A DNA stretch of 64,000 nt from Macrostomum lignano (taxonomy: Eukaryota). Positions 23,801 to 36,032 of this stretch are shown piece after piece (position 1 is the stretch's first letter; every line of letters starts with the position of its first letter). Location: positions 1-64,000 of the forward strand of contig NIVC01003111.1 of the NCBI GenBank assembly GCA_002269645.1, read 5' to 3'. Under the pieces are notes generated by a model. That model worked only from the letters and a program-made list of their open reading frames with translations. It did not search any database and was not told where the DNA came from. The position numbers were made by a program, and so were the translations under genes.

Positions 23801-26800
23801 TCTGAGCAATTTCAAGCATTTCACGTCGAGAATTTCCTGTTCGATTCGCTCCTTTTCGTTGGTGAGCTCCATTTGACTTGAAATGCTGATGATGGGTGTA
23901 GAAATTTAGCTCGTGTTAAATTCATATTACTCTCGTACACACTATTTTAGGTGATTTCATTTGATTTGCAATGAGACTCAACTTCTGCTGAATAGCACTG
24001 TCCTAAATCTTTACTACGAGCGTATTTTGGTCTTCTGCTATACTTTGCGAGAGCACCTGCATGCAAGGCTTACAAACTGTCACATCGTGTCTGAACATCG
24101 CTAGTTTTGCCCACAATTACTCGGTTGAATCGGTATCGACTGACCGGATATCCATTCGATTACATCAGGACTAAAAGAACAAACATATACTATAATGAGA
24201 AGCTGTACTCACTGCAGCTGTTCCACTAGCTTCCCCGCCAGCTGGAACTTGAGCGGATCCGATACAGGCCTATCAGCATCGATGAAGCAGTTCACGTGGT
24301 TCTGGAATTCTTTGCCAAGCGGTAGCTCTTCATCGCTGCCAATCTCGGTGTATTCTAAAGTGCGCGAAGGGTTTCTAATAAATATTCATCCACCATACAC
24401 TGGCAAGAAACCAACAGATTGAGGATGTGAAATCGACTTCAAGTACTTGCCGAAATCGCTGGGAAAGCCGATTTGCGCCCGCAGCGTGTTTTCACCGCCG
24501 TAGGCAATGCTGTAGTTCAATGCGAATACATTCAGCTGGGCGTTTAGCTCTTCCTCCGTGCTGTAGTACTCTTCGTACCGCTGGAATTTCGTTTTTGATA
24601 TTTTTTCATAAGACGTTGCGACGTATTTTATAAGGAAATCAACCAGCGAACCTTTCTGCCTTCAGTTCGAGCGTCCCAGTTGAGTTGAATTCCAGATCCG
24701 TACTTATTCTGAAATTCCTCGATGGCCTAAAAGCATTTGAAGAATAGTGAATTTCAGAATCGTCTCAGCAATTCAAATACTTGTTTCAATAGATGAAAAT
24801 TGAAGTCTAAATCTTACTTTGGCCGGAAGGGTGCTGACGGTTAACAGACAAGTGGTGCAGCCCACAAGTGCCTTAGAGTACTTTTCATCAGACAGCAAGG
24901 GCATAGCGGCATTCACGAAGGTCTAAAGAATCAAATAAAAAAACCATAAAATTAATACTTTATGGTTTAAATCTAAAACCTTGTAAAAATTTTCATGCAT
25001 GCATCTTACCATCAAGACCTGGACGAGTTTGTTAATCTCATCGATCTCTTTTGGATATTCTTCCAAATCTTTCAAGAAAATGTTTTTGAAGAAAGCCTAA
25101 AATTTTATTTTGTAAAAAACCTTGTTTAAAACCTTTGCTCGAAAGGTAATGTACGGCGAGTATTACTAAAAGAGTTTTGGCCTACATTCAGGATGGGCAG
25201 AGCTCCTTCAAAAATATACTTCAGTGTGCCGTGAACAGTTTCGTCCGGGATCTTCCTTTTGCTACTTGATGAGTCATCAATCGTTCTGGAATTTCGTTTG
25301 ATTACAAGAAGTCAATCAACCAACCAGACTAAACGAATTCATGTCCACTGTGAATTTCTCCTATTGATCAAAATAGAAACGTCTTTTAAGAAGTATTTCC
25401 AACAAATTTGCCTAGAAACGTTGAGGCGAACCTACATTTGAGGCAGAGTCTCCATGCTCATTCGCTCGTCTGCCAATTTCGCAGAGGCACCCTGCTGTCT
25501 GAAAGTCAATCAAAGTGACTAACAGTGATTCTCTCAGTCATCTGTTTCTTTCGCGGCTGCTTGAATGGGATCGCTACGATTAAACTAAAGAATGGCTATT
25601 GGACCTATGAACCACTTTAATTTCGACGATACATAGTCACTGAGTAAAAAAACTTTTGAGGCAGAAAATGTTTATACAATTTTTAAGTAAGACGATACAC
25701 TCACTTCTTCAGGACGCGAACCTTCAGCAGCTGTCGAACAAGCTGCGGGCTCTCCACGGCGAGCTCCGCCATGCGACTCAGGTCCTCCCTCACCATGCCG
25801 AACAGCTGCCACATGTTGGCGTCGTGCGGCAGGTCTCCGGCTCCGCTCTCGATGAGCCCGCCGGCCGTGTTGAGGTAGACCCACAGCAGGAAGCGCGCGA
25901 ATGGCCGCTTGTTGTGGTTCGGGATGGCGGGGTCCGTCAGAATCGCCAGCACGTCGCTCACCTTGTAGATGGTCTGGTTGATGGACTCGATGAAGCGGTT
26001 CTCGCCCTCAGCACAGGTAGCCAGCAGGTCGACCAGAGCGATCATGTAGTCGGACTCCGGCGATTGGGAGGCTGAACGGAGCAGCTTAAATTGAGCTTCC
26101 TTCGGTTGATCGAGGCACTGAGCCACATCGGCTCGATGCTGCATGAAGTACTTCATCACGTAGGCCTGGTTGCGCTTGAGCGGCAAGTCCAGCTCCTCCA
26201 CCTTCACCAGAGCGTTGAGCATGTCCAGGAACTCTGGGGCTTTCGACCCATGCTGCGCCACGAGAGCCATTGCTCTGGCGATTTGGTGCGGCAGAACTTT
26301 CATGCAGGTGTTCTTGTTTCCAGTGAACACCTCAGCGAGAGCCAGGGCCAGCTCGGACTCGGCGCCAACGCAGCTCAGCAGGGCGTCCAGGCGATCGAAC
26401 AGGTGGTTTTGTACGACCGCGTTTCCTCTGGCCATGAGGCGCAGCAGACTGAAGCACTTGGCGAACACTTTGCGAAGTCCGCTGTACTCGTCCTAATATG
26501 AAGTCACGTAAATTTTGAGAAATAGTGTTAAATATTAGCCCATTACCTACAAAGAAAGTTCATACGAGCTAAGTACCAAATTAATGAAAATTAATAAAAC
26601 GACTGAGCGAGTTCTATAAGATGCGAGGGCTCCAACACCATCCCAATTTATGGGTGAGAAAGGACGGCACGTGGAAACAACAATTTCATCTCTAACGAGC
26701 ACACAGTAAAACTTACTAATTTTTCTTGCATTGTTACTTTTGGATAGAAGAACGTTTGTAACGTCTTGTTAGTGCAGATTCATCGCACTTATACGAGTAA

Positions 26801-29800
26801 ATCGCGAGCACTTACCAGCAGGTTAATGTCCACATCCTGAGACACCAGGTCAAAGATTTCGTTAAGTATACCATTGTTGAATAGAATGACCTGGTTCATC
26901 GGGTGCCTCTCCTCGGGCTCGTCGTCCAGATGGCAAACACTGATGGTTTACGAGTAAAGGTTTTTTTGCATTGCTGCACCTTTTTTCTTAACTATTACTG
27001 AGAGAATTACGTTGCAAAGCAAGAAGTTGAAGAAGAACCCCTTTCAATTACAAAAATGCACTCAAAAGATGTACTCTAAATTTCCTTACTCGCAGAACTT
27101 CGTCAGGATAGAGCACATCTTTTCCACATCGGAGTCGGTCATCTTGGAGCCGATAAGCCGGTGTATCACGTGACTCTCTTCCTCGACCATCTTGTGCACT
27201 GCTACAGACCTGTCCGTGATGAGCACCTGGGCCAGCACTGCGCGCTTGAAGAGCAGGTTGTACGCGGAGTAGTAACGGTTAATCAGCCACATGGACATCT
27301 GCACCATCATCGGGTAGTCGTAGTTGCTCAGGTCCTGAAAATCAATTTGAATATTCTTGTTTAGTTATCCAAGTGCTTGTGATTAGTTGAACCCGCTTAC
27401 CAGCAACACGTGAATAATATCAAAATTTTTGAAGTAGGCGGATTCTGAGAATATGTCTGCCAATCTTTGCCCAGCCACGAATCCACGCTGAAATAATTAT
27501 CGTGTTTTTTACTTTTAATCTCTAAACTTTTCATTTGCCAGCTCGAGTAGCAATAAAGCTACCTTTCATTAAGCTCGTATGTCTCGCTGAGCAGGGCGGC
27601 CAAAGGATCATGGCTTGACGGGCTTGTGCTCTGCGCTATCCTGTAAATGTCTTTGAACTCGGCCACAAATCGTTTCAGTCGAACATTGAAGCGGAAGTTA
27701 AAGAAGAGATCCAGGACTCGCATTGCCCTGCAAAAGCGAGATGCAACTTTCAGATATATTTCTGCTAAGTAATTTTAAGCAATTGGATAGTTCTTACTGG
27801 TATTTTGCGCCCACAACAGCTTTTGCTTCTCTTGACTGCTTGAATCGATCGACGGCTCGATAGTGGTGCAGCAGCTTTTCGTAGTCATTTGTGGCGTCTG
27901 GGGAGAATTGGGAATTATTCAGTAGATTTTCGCTAAGAAAGCTATTGATCAGTATAAAATATATAGAATCCTCTAGTATCAAAGAAACGAACATCATTAG
28001 GAACTTTATTGTAGATAACTCTTATGGCTTATGGTGTTTACATCAGCTGACATAAAAAGGTTTAGTAAAGAAACTTCTACAAATAAAAGGCTGTGTGGAA
28101 GGCCTTTAATGATTCTTTATTCGTACACAAGAATCTAACTTTCTAAATGCCATTTTAAAGCTGTGCGTTTCTAAGAAAAACATTTTGTTTTAGTACTTGT
28201 ATTTCTCAAAATCTTCTTGTTTTAAACGAACTGAAATTTTAGTATAAATAGACACGATTTTGGGCAAAGAGAAGACAACTCGACTCGTTTCGAGTATCGA
28301 ATCAGCCTTCAGCCTTTACTGGTTAGTTGAGAAAATCTATTAGAAGTTCCAAGTAAATAATTGAAAAATGATTCAGACTTAGTAATTTTCCGAGAGTGAA
28401 GTAGAATAAGCATATACCGTAAATACTACTGATAAGTAGAAGGCCGAAGTAGTCTTATAGAATACTGGAGGCCCTGACCCTCTAATCTTGGTAACGCCCA
28501 GGACTGGAAAGATGATACATGCAGTACATATACCAGTAGAGTATATACCGCTCAGGCCAGACATGCATACACTACAAGAACTAAGTAAGAACGCTACCAG
28601 TACAGAGTGAAAACGCTACCAGTACAGAGTGAAAACGCTACCAGTAAGAAGAAGTGAATACGCAGATATACGCTCGTATATACTCAGATCAATACTCAGA
28701 CAGATACTCAGATAATTTCTCAGATATATACTGAGAATAATACACAGACCCTATTCCAAGATCTATGTTCAGAATTTAATTAAAGTTTAGTAAAACTTTG
28801 ACAGCAATTAAGATTTAAAGAGAGAATTTATGCCCTTTGACAACTTGGTGTCAGCAGTGAGACTATTTTTAAGGACAAAAGAATAACACCGTTGACACTT
28901 GTATCTATGACAAAATTGTGTTCCAATAATATTTCAACAGGAAAATAGTCTACCAGCATCCTGCAACATGAACAACAGGTCATGGCTCATATAAAACGCT
29001 TAGCTCGAACTGTTCGATAAGCAAAGGAACCTCACTTGAGACTGAACGAACTCAAAAAATATACTCGTATTACTTGAATTGCATGTCACCTTTTAGAAGC
29101 GGTTTATCGTTTCGTCCGTCCAGCAGATCCAGCAGCGGCTTGAGAAGCTTCTTGATGTCGGTGGTGGAGTTGTAGTATCCGAACCTCACCAGGTAATGCA
29201 GCATCTGCATCACGTGCGCCAGCAAAATGTTGTGCCCGACCTCCGAGGCCGTCATGTCGTGGTTCTGGTCCAAGAAGCCCTCCAACCAGTCTCGAAGTGC
29301 TGGGAAGTAGCGCTGAGTCGATGCCTTCCTGGATGTGTCCTGAAATTAACAGGTCAGAAGCTATGCTGGAGACTCACAATAGCAAATGTTGAGCTTGAAT
29401 GCTCAATCTTTATTTGGATTCTGAAACCTACAATCTCTACTAGCTGAGTAGCCTGCTGCTCCTTGCTGCGCTTTGCAATATCGTCATAGACGAAGGTGAG
29501 GTCGATCTTGTCCAGCACGCTGATGTTGTCGTCAACGTCCACGAACATGGTGGTGATGAGCTCGCAGTACTTGGCTCGCAGCTGGTCCGGCAGCTCCTCA
29601 TCGGTGAGGCAGATGAAAGCCTCATTCCAGGTGAGGTAGTTGAGCCGCTTTGTGATCACCTCGATTGACTTTGCGTTGCGACCCTGGATTTATATGGAAT
29701 GCGACAATGTGCTTAAAATCAGCATGAAAGAGCAATGGGTTCAGTTTACGCACAAAAAAATGATGCAGTTGTCTTCAGTCACCTGACAAAGCTTGCCGAA

Positions 29801-32800
29801 CAGGTCGAGTTGATGTTCGAGAAAAAGAAAGTCTTCGATGATTGTAGAGTTTTGCTAAAATTGAAATTTGTTAAGTTGGTCATCAATTAAAATATGATAG
29901 AGCAGCCACCAACTGAGAGAGTGGAATGGAGTGCAGAACCAAAGAGAAGGCATTCGAACTATATGTTTTTACTTGAATGATTAGTATAGTGCTGCAACTG
30001 TTGTTAGTTTGGTGACGTATCTTTCATTTATTAACATTTCCACATGGGATATTGATTTTTGTGTTTCGTAGTGATTCCTCACCCATGCCTGCAGGAGTTC
30101 CTTTTGTCACTGAAGCCGAGTTTTCCTACCTCAATTTCACCTCAAACAGAGAATTGCAGTCTTATATCTTTATTCCGCAGTAAAATTGGAAATGGAACAA
30201 TGGAACCCACAGCTCTGAAACAGAGAGGAACTCACCTCTTCAGGACTGAGCTTGCGCATGCTTCGGTGCTTCCTGCGTGACTTGACATGCTTGATCTGCA
30301 CTGAGCCGTCGGCGTTTAGCTTTGACGCAGCGACTGCTGATTGATACTGCAGAATTTTGAAGTTGAAGGAATAAAGGGTATCAGTTATGGCTCAGAAACT
30401 GCGACAATTTCCATGAAGTCACTTACAGTTCTCGCGAATTGAGCAAGCGACGTCCAATGCCGCTTATTATCAGTCGACACGAACACTTTGTCTTTCTCTT
30501 TGCCGACCACCTGGCCAAGATCCGTGAAGAAGACCAGATAGAAGTCACTTCCTTCCACTAGCCACTTTTCCGTGATGTAGCTCTGGTTCTCCGGCATGCT
30601 CAAACCGTCGCAGACGCACAGAACACTCAGCATTTCAAGATACCGGAAGTTCTTCAAGGAGTGTATCCATTTTCATTAGATAGTGGTCTACAATGCATTT
30701 ATATTTGCAAAACAATGTTATCCCATGCCTTACCTTATTTTGCTTCAGCAGATCGATTGTTTCGTCAATGTAGCTTCTTGGAATTCGGTCAACAATCTTT
30801 CTATTGTCTTTGATGAGCTCCATGGTCATGCGGGCAGCGTTTAGACCCACTTCCTCCTGGTTGGCAAGGTTCCGATGAAGGTAAAGATGTCACAAGGGAA
30901 GAAGATACATGTATAGTAAGCTTAATTTTTACTCTCAGCAAATCAGAAAGACTAAACCTTATAGGGTTGTAGCAAGCTTTGTTTTGTTCATGACTGAGCT
31001 ATACTCAATAACAAAGAACAACATAGGTGCTTTAATATCTGATATACGAATATATTAATATAAGCTGCACTCAGAAACAGTGTGGTTAATTCACGCCAAA
31101 CATAAAATCTAGTAGCTATTATTTTATTGACAATTTGTTTTAGTTGAAGTCATTTTTTATTTAAAGCAGTAAAAATTGGTTAAAAATTATCTTGAATTTT
31201 TCTTCAATGACTGACTCAAAAGCATGAGTAGCTCACGATCGCACTTACGCATTCGGCGGAACTCTGTGAATTGAAGCGCATTATAAAACGAAATCTTTTT
31301 TCCTTCTCGGGAATCATAGTAAAAGTGTCGAATATATAAGAACAAAAAGCATTTGATTGAAAAATTCGTTTTTAAAGATGTCTCACCTCAAGGACAATTT
31401 GGCTGCGAAAGAAGTCAATGTGCTTCGCTATGTAGAGCTCATTTTTGCGACAGTCGCCCATCAGGTAGGTGTACAGGACTTCGTAGCACTCTACAAAAAT
31501 CTTCACCAGATACTGCTGGTCGGCTGCTCCTCGGAATGGCGTCTGCAGCAGCCGCACCAGCAGTTCCACGATCTGCTCAAGTGCACGTTTCGTTTAAAAG
31601 ATTAACACGAGTTCTCCCACCATTCTTTTGACTCAAGTACTGAAGTACTAACAAAGCCACTTACCCTAAGATTCCTGAGCAGCTTCTGCCGCTTCTTGAC
31701 CGGCTCGCTGTTGACGATCATGAAGTCACGCAGCTCGCCCAGCGCTGTGAGGATCAAATGGCTGCGGTAGGCGTTCAGGACGAGCGCTTTGCCCGGCTGG
31801 GTGCGCTGAAACGTTCAGTTTGATCGGCAACAGAAGATGATAAAGTGGTAGAAAGCTCTTGCTGTATCCCTAATTTCATCACAGAAATTCGCACTTCAAA
31901 ATAGCCTGCTTGCTGACTCCGGCGCTTCAGATTGTGAGAATTATCAAACTCAGAAGTTTGGCGCCCATGAAACTACCTTGTACGCAATAAGGGGTACAAA
32001 CTACATGAAACTTCCCTGTTACCCTCAATCAAGCTTCTCTCACCTCGTGACAGAACTTCTGAACGAATGGCACAGCACCGGCTGCATAGTTGAAAATCTT
32101 CACCAGGTCCTCCTCAACGGCATAGATAGTGAATGCGTCATCAAACTGCATCTCCTGGACAATGCCGACCTGTTATCATTGATGAAAAGAGATTGAATAA
32201 GGGATTGATTAAATGAAAAAGCTATGCAGCTTCCGTGCGTATTTTATTCCGTCAAAAGATAGTCAACAAGTTATTTACTAGCACAGCTTTGGATTCTGCA
32301 TCGTCCTACCTTTTTTAAGGGCGCTTGAGACCATACCAGACCCGTCATCGAGTTTGTGCTGCTAGCCTCCTTATTGAGAGCCTTTCGAATGTAGTCCTCT
32401 GAAAGGTAACAAAAGCATTTTCCATTGGTGCCTCAAATTATTTTTTATACCAATTTGGACAATCGAACTCCGGTTGCAGGCCTTTCCTCACCTTTGCTGC
32501 CGTGCAGCCAGCCACCGGTAACGACGTGTTCGATCCGGCAATAAGCTGCGTCTTCAATCTCGCCTCGTTCCTGTTACAATCAGTTAGCAAAGCTTTCCGT
32601 TCATCGGAATTAATAGAATAGAAACGAGACGATGAAGAATGGACCAGAGAAGCATATTTTCCTCTGCACATAGAAATTCCTCATCGACAGGACAAAGAAG
32701 GGTGGAAAATACTAGAAAAGCCATACTAAACGCTAGAAAGCTCTAGTCCTAAAAAGTAGTGTTTTCTCACCCTGAGCACAGGATGCAGCCGGAACACGGC

Positions 32801-34315
32801 TCTGGCGTCCTTGCGGTCGTCTGTGAGCGCAAGACGGCCGTCTCTGTCAATGGCGAGGAATTTCCTGGTGCACATGTGCCGGATGCGCACCTGCTGCTCC
32901 CACTTGATGATGTCGCCGCTGATGCAGCCCTCGAAGAACTCCAGCTGCCAGTAGCAGATGGCGGATGTGGGCGGGAACATGGTCTTCGGCTTTGTCTGTT
33001 CGACAGCTCGGACTCGCAGGTGAACGTCTTCGACTTCGGGCTCGTTGAATGTACCCTCACACACCAGGTAGGCCTCCAGCTCGGTGTGGAAGAATCTGAC
33101 GGGCTGGCCAGCTCGTATCTTGTTGGCTTCGTCCTCGGTCTCGTGGTACCGCCTGATCAGCGTGAAGCCGCTGAACCTCACGGACAAGTTAAGCTCGTAG
33201 GAGTCCGCGTACACCGGCATGTGGGCTTCGAACTTGTGCCGGCTGACGTGCAGGAACTGGCCGGGACTCTTGACGCTCTCCAGCACCACCTGGTCCTCAA
33301 TCTGCACGAGGTCGCCCTCGCCCTTCACTTTGAAGCGCGGCATCACGCGGAACAAGGCGAAGGCGGCGTTCTCGCTGCTCAGCGTCACCTGCATGTTGCT
33401 GCTCTCCGTCGGCGACGTGTTCTGTGTGCTGATGTGCACGAACTTTCCGGTGAAGACATGCTGCAGCTGCACCATCTGGCCGTACAGCACCTTCTTGCCT
33501 TTCTGGCGCCTTTGCTCGAGAGCATTGTCTTCCTCCTCGGCCGCTGCTGCAATCTGTGAAAGTTACAATATTTTCCCTATCACTGCTGCAACAGCAGACA
33601 CTAAGCAGCGTAGCCTGCCATTTTTTTGCTGCTGACCAAGGCAACTTTATTAAAGACAAGAAGGGTCGAAAGGAGGAGGGAGTGAAGTCTTTGCAATACA
33701 ATATTTACAAATGCATGCATGAAAATTTTACCCTGGCCTGAGTTAACTGAGTCGTTTGGGCCGCGTTGCCAGAGTCGTCCAGGCAGGAGGCGGCCAGCTT
33801 TCTGTACGCCTTCTGCAGTTTGTAGCGGTTCGCAGCGCAAATCCTGAAAGAGAGAACTGTATGGGAGGGGAGTATTTGAACTAAGCCAGGATATTGGAAA
33901 GAACATCGCATGTAATGCCCTACTAGCTTTTGTAGGTATGACAGCCGTTTTTATTGAATGAAGTAGAAAGCTTGTGCAGCACGAGGCTTTTGCTTGCATG
34001 GCATAGTAAATTTGCTCAAACTTACCCTGAGCATCCGGGCATCGCGGCTGCACTTTGTCCTCTCTGCTGCTCACGGCTAGATAAGCGTGAACGGAGCTGT
34101 AATTTTGTAAGATGGCATTGTACCATCACTTGCTAATAGCTGCACACGATCAAGCTCTCGGTGATTATTCGCGCACCTATCGTGTCGTGGAGTAATGAGT
34201 AGATTATCAACTTTGAAGCCACTTACCTGGACTGCGATGCGAACACGTATCCCAGTGCGTCATCCGAGTAGAGGGCAATTGTGTCCCCGATGCACAAGAC
34301 GTCCTCACCGGCCAT
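17818..34315 (-). CDS. ITPR: IP3 receptor-like Ca2+ release channel, gene 2 (39 exons, ~2,700 aa)
   Basis: ATG at 34315 ([16 protein letters not shown], like the IP3R N-terminal LHIGD motif). Exons: 34315-34227, 34096-34026, 33856-33732, 33553-32771, 32570-32492, 32398-32310, 32169-32044, 31805-31665, 31572-31387, 30856-30734, 30651-30427, 30346-30236, 29854-29783, 29683-~29441, 29339-29090, 27897-27798, 27727-27563, 27487-27401, 27334-27090, 26939-26816, 26492-25705, 25498-25436, 25285-25186, 25096-25010, 24922-24818, 24726-24652, 24580-24451, 24354-24213, 23885-23739, 23603-23571, 23180-22926, 22756-21431, 21088-20729, 20462-20236, 20144-19969, 19484-19257, 19089-18970, 18736-18599, 17991-17818 (TGA). 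Summed CDS about 8.1 kb; one -1 deletion near 27479. Confidence 0.92.
18020..18372 (-). mobile_element. tRNA-derived SINE-like element, copy 1 (last intron of gene 2)
   Basis: Reverse complement aligns with 53899-54172 (CCAGGCTCGATTCCAAGTGCAGTCACATTAATTTGGGGCT..., TGAAGTGTACATGCC, GCGTACGTATCCGCGCGC); A-rich tail at 18021-18031; first few 5' bases missing. Confidence 0.7.
19257..19484 (-). CDS. gene 2 exon 36 (S6 and zinc finger)
   Basis: ORF 19197..19445; [22 protein letters not shown]. Confidence 0.92.
20729..21088 (-). CDS. gene 2 exon 33 (S1-S2)
   Basis: ORF 20725..21048; 360 nt as in genes 1 and 3. Confidence 0.88.
21431..22756 (-). CDS. gene 2 exon 32 (RIH-associated domain)
   Basis: ORF 21427..22851; tgtcag|C CGA GCA; donor AG|gtagg. 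Confidence 0.9.
25705..26492 (-). CDS. gene 2 exon 21
   Basis: ORF 25701..26468, 788-nt exon homologous to 4725-5512. Confidence 0.9.
28590..28646. repeat. 22-bp tandem repeat in gene 2 intron 15
   Basis: AACGCTACCAGTACAGAGTGAA x2 plus partial, followed by degenerate ATACTCAGA units. Confidence 0.75.
32771..33553 (-). CDS. gene 2 exon 4 (beta-trefoil suppressor and MIR/IP3-binding-core region)
   Basis: ORF 32726..33490; [62 protein letters not shown]. Confidence 0.9.
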
Positions 34316-34373
34316 GGAAGCGGCAAGTTGCAACAACGCTAAAATGCGCCTACCGGAGCTCGCCTAAAGGGCG

Positions 34374-34386
34374 CTATATATTTAAA
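34374..34386 (-). promoter_or_regulatory. TATA-like element upstream of gene 2
   Basis: TTTAAATATATAG on the minus strand ~60 bp upstream of the ATG, within GC-rich flanks. Confidence 0.3.
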
Positions 34387-36032
34387 TTACCGCTAGCGGA
34401 TAAGATAGCTGGGCAGCCAGAGTTGTTAAAAAACTCTGCCGAGTTCTCAGTCGTCGCCAGCTGCTCTCTTTGCCCTTAAGTAGCCACTATCCAAGTACGG
34501 CTTGTATTTAATAATGGTGCTACAGCAGCCGGGGCAGTGGCAGTGGCAGCCAGTGAGAGGGAGAGCTGGCAGAGCAGTCATACCACAAGCGCAGGCCAGG
34601 TTGAGACGCCGAATTTGAGAAGCTTGGTCGGACCAATTGAGCGGTGGCCCTCCGCCAAGACTGCATTGAAAGAAGTATTCAGACCGACCGTTGAATTCAG
34701 AGTCTTGCCTGACATAAAGCGCAAACTTCTCTTAAAACTGTCTAAAGAGAGCAGTTTTAGTGTCTGCAGAGCCTTTTGAGTCGGTCTGGTCTACTTGCTG
34801 AGCTATTCGTATCACTTTTCTATCTGCCTCTGCCTTTCTGAGAGTCTCCTCAGCCTCGCCATGTTACCAGGTGCAATTAGTTGTTCCAAGCATCTTTTCT
34901 TTCTTTTCTCCATTCTCACAATGCCCCTCGCCCCTGCCTCTTCCTCTTGTCTACCGGTCTGCGTGCATTTCTATCGGCCGTTACCATGGCAACAAGCAGA
35001 TGGAGAATGAGTGAGGGGTGAGGGGAGAGACTGAGCCTCTCGCCTAGCACCTCAAATGTGACAAAGCAGTACAGTCCCAATGGAATTCTCTTGGCTAAAG
35101 TTAGTGTACGGTCCTGCTATCTATCTTTAATGTACTAGAGTCAGGCATTGCAAAACGTTTGGGTCATTGCGGACAGAGGAAGACAAATTGTGGCATATTT
35201 GATTGACAAATCATAATGTATTTCCAGAGTGTCACCAAAAATAAAAAAGGTGTAAAATCTGAAAAAATGGACTAATATGGATTAATCTGAGAAATTAAAG
35301 AAGTTAACGAGCTAGTTTACTCGAGCCCGAAGTATTAAAGCTGATTTTCTAGGGAGTTTAGCAAAATAGTATTTATTAGCGGCACAGAAACTGAAGTTTC
35401 CAAGCATATTACAAGCCGTTTTAGCGAGCGTATCTACTTGAATAAAGTCAAAGAAAATAAATAAATCATTTGGAAGACAAGCAGATTGGTCGAAATAAAA
35501 AGTTACTACGTATGCCAAATAGGAAAGATTTCAAGTCATTTAAACAAAATAATGAAAAATAGTATAGAAGTCACACAAGAGTAAGGAGCTTCAACCCTCA
35601 GCATTTGCATCAAAAATATTAAAAGTAAAAATAGCGGAGCAATAAAGTTAGACGGTCTTATGCCGGCCAAGTTAAGCTTCTCCCACCTGTTTCTTGACAA
35701 AATGTGGATACGCTCTGCTGCTGCTGGGTTGGATTACAGCGCCCTGGAGTTTTTTCTCCTCTAGAGGTGTGTTTACCTTTTTAGGGGGTATTAGGGGACC
35801 TTTCAGGTTATCATCGTCCCACGAGGTACGCTCATTATTCCACGTTTGGAACTCACTATTTTAAGCTACTAATCGTGAATTCGTGAGACCCTGTGTTTGT
35901 GCGTGTGGTTCTGTCCTAGACTGACTACCCTCGTAGCCCTTCTACAGTAATAAAAAACGAAAAAAATAAGTCTCCGACATTCTGGGAGTATTTTACGCAT
36001 GTTGTGAGATTAAAGCAAATTTATTTTGTGCT

